Below, piece after piece: positions 39,774 through 50,890 of a stretch of 64,000 nucleotides of DNA (position 1 is the stretch's first letter; every line of letters starts with the position of its first letter). The position numbers and the translations under genes were made by a program. The stretch comes from Chiloscyllium plagiosum (taxonomy: Eukaryota), in the NCBI RefSeq assembly GCF_004010195.1, contig NC_057752.1, positions 826,123 through 890,122 of the forward strand, given 5' to 3'. Below the pieces are notes generated by a model that saw only the letters and a program-made list of their open reading frames with translations, was not told where the DNA came from and made no database searches.

Positions 39774-40930
39774 TGAAGTATATTTTATTCAATGCAAAGG
39801 CTGATTAAGGTAATTGGAAAAGGAGGCTGAGGTAGGGAGATTTACTTGATGTGTAAAATTGAAAGTCCTAGATGGAGTGAATAAAAAATGAAGAAAATAA
39901 TCAGTACATCAATTTAAAATAATTGACACAAAGATTACAGAGAAGTTCAGGAAGTTTTCACCTTCAGGATGGTAGGGGTTTGGAATTCACTGTCTGAAAG
40001 AATGGTAGAGGCAGAAACCCTGAAGCAGATGGCCATCTCTTTGTTGTAAATTTTTTACCTTTCTTTTCAAGTTTCTTATCATTTGGATGTGAATAAACTG
40101 CAAACGAGATGGAAGAAAACTGATTTGGTTAGAGTACTAAGACTATTTTCAGTTAAACTCTGTTTGACGCAGTGTTCTGCTGGAAAGTGAATTCTATTTT
40201 TATTACAAAGTTCTAGGACCTTTCTTAATTGCTATTTTGGAGATTGTGTCCTTTTAATTCTCTAGTTGTAATACAGTTTTTTGAGTACGGGGAGCTCTGT
40301 TTTTATGACGTGGGTTATTGGGATTTTCAGCATGCTTTGGAGACAATGATAGTGTCTCATTTATTCTTGTAAAACTGCTCACTAGTTATCTTCAAGGATT
40401 TGTTTTTCACATTTATTCTGTGAATTATATTGAAGTAGTTGAGCAAGTTGGAAAAGATCTATTGGTTTCAGTAGACTTAATGCTCAACACTCCCAGTCAC
40501 TCTGGAACTGTAATCAACAAGAAAGTGAATATAAAATAGAATCAAACAGAATACAAGTCAGAGGAAGATAAGCTCAAATTGTATTCTTCTGGATATACCA
40601 CACTTTGAGTACTCTGTCCATCTCTGCCATTGTTTAGAAGATGGCATTGAAGGATGGGAATCTAATGATAGATGATTAATAAACTGCGAATATTACACCA
40701 CAGGAAAGCTGAAGATGTGAAAAATGCCTTAATTAAGACCATAAGACATAGGAGCGGAAGTAAGGCCATTCGGCCCATCGAGTCCACTCCGCCATTCGAT
40801 CATGACTGATGGGCATTTCAACTCCACTTACCCGCATTCTCCCCGTACCATTTAGGAAGTTATAGAATTGTAATTTAACAATTTTCCTTTTGTAGACCCA
40901 ATCAGTAAATTTGGCAGTGACAGCCTTTGA

Positions 40931-42505
40931 GAGAAAGTGAGGACTGGAGGTTAGAGGCGAGGTAGCATCCAAGGAACAGAAGAATAGATGTTTCGGGTAT
41001 AAGCCCTTCATCAAGGATGTGTGGGGGAAGGGGGCTGAGAGATAAATAGGAGGGTGGAGGTGGGAATTGGGAGGGGAAGTTAGCTGGGAAGGCGATGGGT
41101 AGATGCAGGTAGGGAGTGATAGGTCAGGGGAGGGTGGAGCAGATATGTGGGAAGGAAGATGGACAGGTAGGACAGTTCAAGAGGGCGGTGCTGAGTTGTA
41201 GGGTTGGATCTGGGATGAAGTGGGGAAATGGAAGGTAAGGAAACTGGTGAAGTCGATGTTGATGCCGTGTGGGTGAAGGGTCCCAAGTGGAAGATGAGGC
41301 ATTCTTCATTGGGTGGCTTGGTTTTGGTGGTGGAGGAGGCCCAGGACTTCCATGTCCTTGATGGAATGGAAAGGGGAGTTGATGTGGTCGGCCACAGGAC
41401 AGTGGGGTTGTTTGATGTGTGTGTCCCAGAGATGTTCCCTGAAACGTTTTCCGAGTTGGTATGCTGTCTCTCCAGTGTAAAAGAGACCACATCGAAAGCA
41501 ACAGACACAGTAGATGAGGTGTTGAGATGTGCAGGATAATCTCTACCAGATGTGAAAGGGTCCTTTGGGGCCTTGGACGGAGGTAAGGGGGTGGGGAGGT
41601 GTGGGTGCAGGTTTTATACCTCTTGCGGTGGCAAGGGAAGGTGCTGGGAGTGGAGGATGGGGGGGCGTGGACCTAATGAGACCCCACCACCAGAGATATA
41701 TTTCCCTCCTCACCCCTATCTGCGTTCCGCAGAGACCATTCCTTCCACGACTCCCTCGTTAGGTTCACGTTCCCTAACCAACCCACCTACCACTCCCAGC
41801 ACCTTGCCTTGCTGCCACAGGAGATGTAAAACCTGCACTCATACCTCCCCCCTCAACTCTGTCTAAGGCCCCAAAGGATGCTTTCACATCTGGCAGGGAT
41901 TTTCCTGCACATACAAACCCCTCATCTACTGTGTCTGTTGCTCTCGATGTGGTCTCCTCTATATTGGGGAGACAGGATGCCAACTCGCGGAGCGTTTCAG
42001 GGAACATCTTTGGGACATATGCACCATACAACCCCACTGCCCTGTGGCTGACCACTTCAACTTCCCCTCCCACTGCCAAGGATATGCAAGTCCTGGGCCG
42101 CCTCCACCACCAAATCCAAGCCACCTGACAACTGGAGGAAGAATGCCTCATCTTCTGCCATGGCATCAACGTCGACTTCACCAGTTTCCTTACTTCCCAT
42201 CCCCCACTTCATCCCAGATCCAACCCTCCAACTCGGCACTGCCCTCTAGAACTGTCCTACCTGTCCATCTTCCTTCCCACATATCCGCTCCACGTTCCCT
42301 TCTGACCTACCACTATCATCTCCCACCTGCGTCTACCTATAGCCTTCCCAGATATCTTCCACACACCCCCCAACCCCACCCTCCTATTTATCTCTCAGCC
42401 CACTTCCCCACATTCCTGATGAAAGGCTTATGCCTGAATCATCGATTCTCCTGCTCCTCAGATGCTGCCTGACCTGCTGTGCTTTTCCAGTACTACACTT
42501 TTAGA
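40931..42505. mobile_element. Older Penelope-like element (family B), long inverted structure with GIY-YIG remnants on both arms
   Basis: Plus arm IYCVCCSRCGLLYIGETGCQLAERFREHL (~41920-42010) has an inverted counterpart at ~41430-41520. 16-bp TSD CAGTGACAG(C/T)CTTTGA at 40915-40930 and 42506-42521. Confidence 0.88.
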
Positions 42506-42705
42506 CAGTGACAGTCTTTGATCAGTCCATTAAGCTACACCAAAAGGTTGGTTTTTTTCCTGGCTTAGTCATTTGGACATATTTTGTGCATATTTGTATC
42601 TGTGTAAGTGTTTTATTAGTTTATTATCAACAAATCAAAAATCTTGTTGCTTTAGAGATCACCCTTTTAAGACAGAGAAGAATATTTTTCTGAGGATTTG
42701 TGGCA

Positions 42706-43029
42706 TTAGATTAGATTTCCTACATTGTGGAAACAGGCCCTTAAGCCCAACAAGTCCACACTGACCCTCCGAAGAGTAGCCCACCCAGACTCATTCCCCT
42801 ACATTTACCCCTGACGAATGCACCTAACACTATGGGCAATTTAGCATGGCCAATTCACCTGACCTGCACGTCTTTTGGAATGTGGGAGGAAACCAGAGCA
42901 CCCGGAGGAAACCCATGCAAACACTAGAGAATGTGCAAATTCCATGCAGGTAGTTGCCTGAAGCGAGAATCAAACCCGGGTCCCTGGCGTGGTGAGGCAG
43001 CAGTGCTAACCACTGAGCCACTGTGCCGC
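42706..43029 (-). mobile_element. HE1-type SINE
   Basis: Reverse complement of the HE1 head (GCAGCAGTGCTAACCACTGAGCCACTGTGCCGC) and a (GATTA)n tail. Confidence 0.9.
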
Positions 43030-43620
43030 TCCTTTGGCTTTGGAACTCTGACTCGGAAGGTGGTAGAAGGCAGTCATTATTTTTAAGATGGTGGTAGACA
43101 AATTCTTATTAGACAAGGGGAGGTTATTGGGGTTAGATGAGAATATGGAATACAGAACGCAAACAGATCAGCTGTGATCTGATTGAATGGTAAAACAGGC
43201 TCAAGTGGCCAAATTATCGTCATCTGCTCCTATTTTGTGTGTATGTTTATATGATAAATACTCCTTAAAACCTCTTTCACTAAGTGTTTGGTCACATTGC
43301 CTAATGCTATGTTAAGTTTTGTCTGATTATTCTTTGGGACTATGTTATTAGGTTAAAGGTGCTACAAGCAGCAACAGACTGTGTTATCTTAATGCCTTTC
43401 AGTTTTATTGATTTAATTTCAAGCCCTATGTTGGAATGCAAAGATCCATAAAGTTTTGAAAAATGTTATTTTTGTAAAATCTTGTAACGTGACTGACCTA
43501 ACTGTTCTCATTTGCAGGCTTGTCTTTATACAAGATAATGTTCATGGAACAGTGTAAGGCAAAGTACTTTATTGGCCAGCCAATTTGCATTTAGTGGAAG
43601 TTTCCAAAGCACTAACGGAG

Positions 43621-45759
43621 ATGGGTATGAGAATTAAACTACACAGTGCTGACCACCCTAATAACCTTCTTAAGGAACTTAATAAGTTTAGGTTGTCCGA
43701 AACCATGTGTGATGTAATCATCATGGTTGGCAACAGGACATTTTCAGCACACAAATCAGTGCTTGCATGTGCTGCTGGCTACTTCCAGAAGCTCTTTCTG
43801 AATTCTGAGGTTAATACTGCAAGAACATACGTGGTAGACTTCATCACCCCGGCAAATTTTGAAAGAATCTTGAATTTTATCTATACAGCTGAGCTTTTTA
43901 CTGATCTCATTAATGTTGGTGTTATCTATGAGATGGCAGAGAAGTTGGGAATGCAAGATCTTCTGAAGGCTTGCTACTCCACGTTTCCTGACTTGGAAAA
44001 GACAGAAACCAATAAACCAACAGATCAATCACCCGAAGGCTATGCACCTCTCACTGGGGCTTCAAATGACCAAAACACCCCCATGTCAGACTCCAGGGGC
44101 CCAGGCCCACAATTTTGTCAAAACAGAAGTTACATAATGCAGGTTGAAGTAGGAGAGAGTTTTAAAAGTGAAGAGCGAAATCTTGTGAATGAAAATGGCC
44201 CAAGTATGCCAGTGATGTACCAACAGTCAACAAAAACTGAAGATAACCTGGAGATGGAATACAGCCAATGCACAACAAGTGAGAATGTGCCTTTGACCTC
44301 TAATAAAGGCCCATGTGAGCTGTATGAAATACAGAGTAATGGATATTATAATCAAACCAGTTTACTGGTCACTGGAGAATCTCTCAAAGAGAGTAGTAAT
44401 TCCTGTGTCAGTAACAATGTCGACCTCCAGGTTCAATCAATGAAGGAAATGGAGTGCATGCAGTTTGATGGTATTGAACAGGATGGCCTTAATTTTGATG
44501 ACCATCAAGAGAGCAGAGGTCCTTCTGAAGAAATAATCGAGTTAACAGATGACAGTGAAGATGACAATCTTGTCTGTGTTAAGGATAGTAATGGTGAAGG
44601 TAAGAGTATGCCATGCCAGGTGTGTGGCAAGGTCTTGGCAGCCAACATAGGAATGATTAGGCAACACGGTAAACTCCACATTGATGCAAAAGAGGGGCTG
44701 TGTACTGTGTGTGGCGCCAAGTTCACTGATAGGAGCTCTCGAATCACCCATGTTTTGTCTCATGTTGGAATTTTTCTCTTCTCGTGTGACATGTGTGAAA
44801 TGAAATTTGTAACACAGTGGCAAGTGGCTGGACACAGGAAAGGGAAGCCACATGATGCTAACATTATTGTCCAACCAAATACCATCTTGCCTGCTGAAGC
44901 TAATTTTGGTGGCTCTCCCACAGAACTGTTTTGTGCTGTCTGTGGAAAGACAGTGACTAAAGACTATCTTGCTGTGAAAGACCATATCCTTTCCCATCTT
45001 GACATGAAAAGTCTCTCCTGTTGTGTCTGTGAGCAGCCATATAGATCAGTCTGTAGCTTAATGTGGCATGTTTTATCCCACATGAATATATCAATCTTTT
45101 CCTGTTCTGTATGTGGTAATAGCTTTGTAGACCGAACTGTTCTAGAGCAACATATGGCTTCACACCAGGGTATGGAGTATTTATATGAATGTAATTTCTG
45201 CTGTAGAAAGTTTCGGTTAGAAGCCTCTTATCAGAACCATGTGAAGATACATAAGAGGAATAACTTGGATGGCACAAAAGGTCTAACTACTCCACACCAG
45301 TGGCTCAAAAAAACCTTAACAACATCACCATCAGATGAGTCTACAAGTGATGGACATGTGCCTGGTGTACACCAAGAGACCCTTCTGACCCTTCCCTCAA
45401 ACCAAGGCAAAGCCAACTCCAAAGGGAACTGGTATGAATGTGAATTTTGTGGTAAAAGGTTTTCCCATTCTAGTGAGTTTCAGTATCATCTCCGAATCCA
45501 CTCAGGAGAGAAGCCCTATGAATGCAAGCTGTGCCACAAGTTCTTCAGGGGGCGATCGACTGTCAAAAATCATCTAAAGACTCATTCAGGTGCCCTTATG
45601 TATTGCTGCACGGTTTGCCAGAAGTATTGTCCCACCTTGAACCTTATGATTAAACATGTGGAGATGCACAAAGATGGGGGCCTACCTCCTGACTTTAACA
45701 TTGCACAGACATTCATGTACATCGTGCATTCCAAACAGTCAGTAAAAATGATGGACTAA
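43621..45759 (+). CDS. ZBTB39: Zinc finger and BTB domain-containing protein 39 (712 aa, single coding exon)
   Basis: Starts MGMRIKLHSADHPNNLLKELNKFRLSETMCDV, nearly identical to the recalled ZBTB39 N-terminus. BTB domain, multiple C2H2 fingers, HSGEKPY linker and C-terminal LPPDFNIAQTFMYIVHSK. Splice acceptor tttgcag ends at 43517. AATAAA at 45826. Confidence 0.95.
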   Translation: MGMRIKLHSADHPNNLLKELNKFRLSETMCDVIIMVGNRTFSAHKSVLACAAGYFQKLFLNSEVNTARTYVVDFITPANFERILNFIYTAELFTDLINVGVIYEMAEKLGMQDLLKACYSTFPDLEKTETNKPTDQSPEGYAPLTGASNDQNTPMSDSRGPGPQFCQNRSYIMQVEVGESFKSEERNLVNENGPSMPVMYQQSTKTEDNLEMEYSQCTTSENVPLTSNKGPCELYEIQSNGYYNQTSLLVTGESLKESSNSCVSNNVDLQVQSMKEMECMQFDGIEQDGLNFDDHQESRGPSEEIIELTDDSEDDNLVCVKDSNGEGKSMPCQVCGKVLAANIGMIRQHGKLHIDAKEGLCTVCGAKFTDRSSRITHVLSHVGIFLFSCDMCEMKFVTQWQVAGHRKGKPHDANIIVQPNTILPAEANFGGSPTELFCAVCGKTVTKDYLAVKDHILSHLDMKSLSCCVCEQPYRSVCSLMWHVLSHMNISIFSCSVCGNSFVDRTVLEQHMASHQGMEYLYECNFCCRKFRLEASYQNHVKIHKRNNLDGTKGLTTPHQWLKKTLTTSPSDESTSDGHVPGVHQETLLTLPSNQGKANSKGNWYECEFCGKRFSHSSEFQYHLRIHSGEKPYECKLCHKFFRGRSTVKNHLKTHSGALMYCCTVCQKYCPTLNLMIKHVEMHKDGGLPPDFNIAQTFMYIVHSKQSVKMMD

Positions 45760-46061
45760 CCCTTACCCGAAAAGGAAACCGTTCCATTGTTGATTTGAAA
45801 AAACTGTATTCAGACATAAACTTCAAATAAAGTCTCATTTTAGTGTACAGTGAAACCTTCAATTCTAAGATCAGATTTTTAAAAAAGGTGTTAGTTATGG
45901 AACTTTAAAAAAATTATAAAAATTGCTACCTAATGGTGCTAACTTTACTGTAAAATGAAGTTGTCATTTTATTTTTATCTCTGGTAATAGTGAATGTGCT
46001 ACTGTGTAAAAATCAAATGTCTCTATTGCACTGTAGTTTAAGCATCAAAATCCACATTGAT

Positions 46062-46413
46062 ATCAATGAAGGAAATGGATTGCATGCAGTTTGATGGTAT
46101 TGAACAGGATGGCCTTAATTTTGATGACCATCAAGAGAGCAGAGGTCCTTCTGAAGAAATAATCGAGTTAACAGATGACAGTGAAGATGACAATCTTGTC
46201 TGTGTTCAGGATAGTAATGGTGAAGGTAAGAGTATGCCATGCCAGGTGTGTGGCAAGGTCTTGCCAGCCAACATAGGAATGATTAGGCAACACGGTAAAT
46301 TCCACATTGATGCAAAAGAGGGGCTGTGTACCGTGTGGTGCCAAGTTCACTGATGGGAGCTCTCGAATCACCCACGTTGGAATTTTTCTCTTCTCGTGTG
46401 ACGTGTGAAATGA
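46062..46413 (+). pseudogene. Partial decayed duplicate of ZBTB39 CDS (copy of 44436-44803)
   Basis: Colinear 352-bp copy of a 368-bp segment, with several substitutions plus 2-, 12- and 2-bp deletions. Confidence 0.95.
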
Positions 46414-46804
46414 TTCAGTGATTGACAGTTTTCTGCTTTAGGATTTGCTCTCAAAATGTACAGAGTTATATGGTAGTGTTGGCTACTGCTGTCACAGTCT
46501 CCAAGGAATTAAAACTCTGGGCCAGTGAGGGCAGTCACCTAAAGGTGGGTTTACACTTAATCTGGAACCAGGGGAAATGTTTACCGTATTCAAATCAAAC
46601 TCTTAAGCATTTGCTGTATTGTCATACAATCTGAATTTCTGCCATTGCAGGCAAGCTATGTACATCCATTAGTATGAGAAATTGTGTACTGTAACTCAAT
46701 GCTTCAGCAATACAATTTTTTTCTACCTTGTCTAATCTCTTGCTTATATAGGTCCTTTGAATTGGATGATTAAACTGTTGAACCTCATTTTATTTGGACA
46801 AGTC

Positions 46805-46908
46805 CAGTTCTGAAGAAGGGTCACTGGATTTGAAACATTAACTCTTATTTTCTCCACAGATGCTGCCAGACCAGCTGGGTTTTTCCAGCAATTTCTGTTT
46901 TTGTTTTT
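46805..46908 (+). mobile_element. Penelope-like family-C terminal repeat with hammerhead-like motif
   Basis: GTT-CTGAAGA-A-GGGTC-ACTG-GATTT-GAAAC-ATT-AAC (46807-46842), followed by TCTCCACAGATGCTGCCAGACCAGCTGGGTTTTTCCAGCAATTTCTG. Confidence 0.7.
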
Positions 46909-49074
46909 GTGGCAAAACTCATTGATATCCAGTAACAATATGAACTTAAGGTAAAATCTTCAGAATGCTGATGAAATTTACTAACCCACTTAATAGTGTC
47001 TGCTCTGACTCCTAGTTCTCACATTGTTTATGTCTCATTTGGAGTATATTAATAATCTGACATTGTTCATGGGTGGTTATTTGAAAGAATTGTCTAGGTA
47101 AATATTCAGATCTCTTTATTGATTTTCTTGAACTACCAGATAGTTGTTTGACATGGATTTTGTTTTAACTACAGGGAGTACTTGCACTTCAAGGTCATTA
47201 TACAAAGTAAGAGTGTGTTAGTATCTGAGGCTGAGGAAGATCCAGTACTATGGGGAGAGCACAGTATAGTAGAAACGTTCCAAAGGCATTATGGGATTCA
47301 GAGCCGCCTCCTGCTCTGTGAACCTTAATGATTCTGTGGAAGGTTTTGAATAATTTTTTTCTGATAGCTCAGTTTATAAATGTATAATGTAGTATGGTAG
47401 TGAACTGTAGTGACCAAGTTACCTGAGACCCTAGAATTGATTATTTGTCTTCTGCTGATATCACATTTTTCTTTTACGAATGGGGACAACTTCTCCCCTT
47501 CAACTCTGAAATCTGAACATGATTTTGAAAACCACCTATAAATCTCCTCTCAGACACTTTCTCTCCAAGGAAAACAGTCCCAACTTCTTCAATCTACCCT
47601 CATCACTGAAATTTCTCATTCCTAGAATCAGTCTTGTAAATTGCCTCTGAACTGTTTCCAGTGTGTTCACATTTTTCCTATACCCATAGCTGCAATAACT
47701 GACAATAACTGCAGCTCAGGTTAAACAAAATAGGGAGAATTTAAGGTGATTGGGAAAAAGATAAAGGCAACATGTGGAAAAACTTTTTTTCAGTGCAGGA
47801 TTAGGATCTGAAAGTGTGGTGGAGACAAAATCAATCAGTGCTTTCAAAATGAATTTAGATAAACATCTGGAGAGAGAAAATATGCAGGGTTATGGGGGAG
47901 TGGGACTTGCTCTTGCATAGTCAGTGTGGATATGATGGGCTTGAATAGCTTCCTGTGGTGTAGGCATTCTACATTTTTTTTTATAAAGTTGCAAATCTGC
48001 TCCACTGGCTAGGAAGTGAAATAGCTCTTCTGCCAGGAGCATCAACATCCAGTGCTATGGTATGTTGGCAGGGCTGGGTTTAAATCTGTGAACCTTTACA
48101 CACTGAATTCCTCATTTCTGCTGAGTTGCAAGGTTGGATGCCAGTTAGATGTAAAAAGAGCTTTTCACCAGCAGAGAAGGTAACCTGGCAACCAGCCTCA
48201 CCTTGAGCCAATCTTATACACCTCCAGCATGTTTTTGGCAAAGGCCTAGGAATCAGCTCACACAGCTGTGGATGGAGCTTAACCAGAGATGCTGTTAAGT
48301 ACAGGAAAGGAGGGAATTACTATGAACCCCAGTTAAAGGGACCAAGGCAGCACCAAAGTTGGAAAGAGTTCGGAGAGTTGGTTTGAAAAGCTCATAGTTG
48401 TGGATAGGAAAGTCGAGTGAGGTAATCAGTTCTGTAGTTTGAGGTTCTGGCAAAGATTAATTTAGTGTAAATACTTATGATAGACCTTGGAGGAAAAATT
48501 ATTCTGAACACAGCAAAAAAAGCATGAGTACAGGTAAGATTTCCTCTCTGCAGCACGTAAGACACATTCTGTGATTTCTATAGAATGTACATATGGATGT
48601 ACATAGAATGTGGTAATTGGAGTTTGAGGAATAAGTAGTTCTGGGTTCAAAGCCTTCTCAGCAGAATTCTTAGTCTGCTTGTTAATTCATAACCACATTG
48701 GAGAATGTGTCACTGAACCAGGTTGTTTTCATTTGAGAGGAAATTAATTCAGGTGATTAGGGAAAAAAACTCAATTTAGAGGATTTATAATATGCTAAAA
48801 CAATGTGGCTCAGGAACAACAGAGACCTCAACTTTGAACTACTGTAAAACTGGCACCTTTTTTGTACAAAAAAGCATTACCACATTTTACCCTTTTAAAA
48901 AACCGTTTGAGACATGTTTTCCAGATTGTTCTGTTAAGATGTCAAACAGATAGCATACTGGTGCTGTGGATTACCTATTTAACAGGCAATTTGATTAATA
49001 GATGTGTATGTACCAACATTTCATATTTCCAAATGAAACAGATTCAAGTGTTCACACACACACAGTTGTTATGA

Positions 49075-49710
49075 TGCATGAGGCCATTCAGCCCATTATG
49101 TCTGCACCAACTCTGAGCATTATGATTCAGTGTCATTTTCCTGCCTTCTCCCCCCCCCAACCCTGCACATTTGTTTCTATTTAAATAATCATCCAGTACC
49201 CTCTTGAATGCCTCAATTGTATCTGCCTCAATCACACTTTCAAATGGTGCATTCCAGTTCCTAATTACTGTGAATTGTTTTTGCATTAAAAACTGCTTCC
49301 GTTGCAAGTCTGTGCGCTCTCATTCTAAATTCTTTTACGAGAAGGAACAGTTTTTCTCCATCTATTCTTTCTAGCCCCACCACCCCCCATGATTTTGAAA
49401 ACTTATAGAAAATCTTTGTTTTCTCATCAAGGAAAGTAGTCCTAACTTCTCAAATCTATATTCATATCTGAAGTTTCTTAACCCTGGAATCATTCTCATA
49501 AACCTTTTTCTGCATGCATTCCATAAGTTAACATCCTGTCCATCTGAGGTTGAACCAGTGTCTTGTCCATTATAACCACCTTGCACCTGTACTCTGTGCC
49601 TCTATAAATAAAGGTTAGGTTATTATGCATTTTATTAACTGCTTGCTCTACCTGTCCTGCCACCTTTAGAGACCTATGCACATATACACCAGGTCTCTGT
49701 GCTCTGAATG
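49075..49710 (-). mobile_element. Decayed CR1-type LINE 3' fragment
   Basis: Minus ORFs read GVYVHRSLKVAGQVEQAVNK, RMIPGLRNFRYEYRFEKLGLLSL and NWNAPFESVIEADTIEAFKRVLD. Confidence 0.8.
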
Positions 49711-50779
49711 ACAGGAATCGAAGGTAATAGAACACTATTTAATATGATTAATCTATTTTGATTTTTCTTCTTAATTGTCTGTGTTGAACCTTTGAGCTGT
49801 GAATCCATGTGTTATATTGCAGTACCTCACCTAAGTGACCTTTATCCACCTGATTCTACTCGTGTTCAGTGTCTCCATGCATTCTGAATTCTGTCCAGTG
49901 GCATCTTCTGAGTGAAAATCATGGGTGAGCGTTTTCTTTCCCAATCGAATTCCAGGGTATCAAAGCCAGTTGTAGCTCCCAGCATTGCTCAACATTGAAT
50001 GGTGGATCAAACCTGGACCCTTTAAAAGAACTGTCAGAATATTTATTTTCCACATATACTTAAAATAATACTTATGCATTGCATTTTATTATAAATGATA
50101 TTGTTGTAATGTTTTTGCGAGGTTTTGAAGCGCAATCCAAGTTTGTTTCTATTTTGGATAGTTGACGATGTTGTAAAGTATTAAGTGGAGCCTTTAAAAC
50201 ACAGCGAAATAGTTTGAGGGAAATTGGGCACCAAGTGAGAATTTGGACAAGGTGGTTCGACGGACATTGAGTGGGGCCGTGGAAGGTTTTGAATGTGGGA
50301 GAGATGCAAGCTAGGAGGTTTGAAAAGAGGAACAGGTTATTGAATAGTCTAGAATCGGAACGAACAGTGAACATTACACAGCAGTTTTAGGTCTTTGGGT
50401 CTCCCAACAACACACACACAAAATAAATCTTTATGAAGTTTGTACTCAGCGAGGTCCTAAAATAGTGGGTGTGGATTTGATATCCTAAAATTACTTCAAT
50501 TTGACATTTACCTAGTTGTAGAGGTGGGGTGTAAACAGTGGCCTGGATTTTCTGACCTGACCTGTTTGTGGTAAGAGATCCCGGAGGAGAATAATGCAGG
50601 ATGTTGGGAGGGAAGTGATCAGGGCCGTCAAACTGACTTGTGCGTCCATCGGTTATCTACATGCCTCAAATCTTCAAACAAATGGAAAGCATACCTGGGG
50701 AGGGGGAAGATGGTGGGCTTTGGGAACTCTCCCGGTGTGATTCGGGATATCACAGAGTTTGATTAAAAGCTGCTGAGGG

Positions 50780-50890
50780 GAGAAAACGGTTGCCTGGCAA
50801 CCACGGCCTGGAGTCTGCGTGCTGTCGTCAGTTGAAGAGCCAATGGAAACGCACATTATTTGAGACCTCCACCAATGAACGGGCGGGGAG
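50780..50890. promoter_or_regulatory. Candidate promoter: RFX X-box, two CCAAT boxes, GC box
   Basis: GGTTGCC-T-GGCAACC palindrome at 50788-50802. CCAAT at 50840 and 50872. GGGCGGGG at 50881-50888. Locally raised CpG. Confidence 0.6.

Noticed and set aside
43585..43620. 724-aa ZBTB39 starting at 43585
   Set aside because: That start is a TTG. Similarity to ZBTB39 begins at ATG 43621 (MGMRIKL).
46057..46353. 98-aa ORF as a separate zinc-finger gene
   Set aside because: It is a frameshifted partial duplicate of the ZBTB39 CDS.
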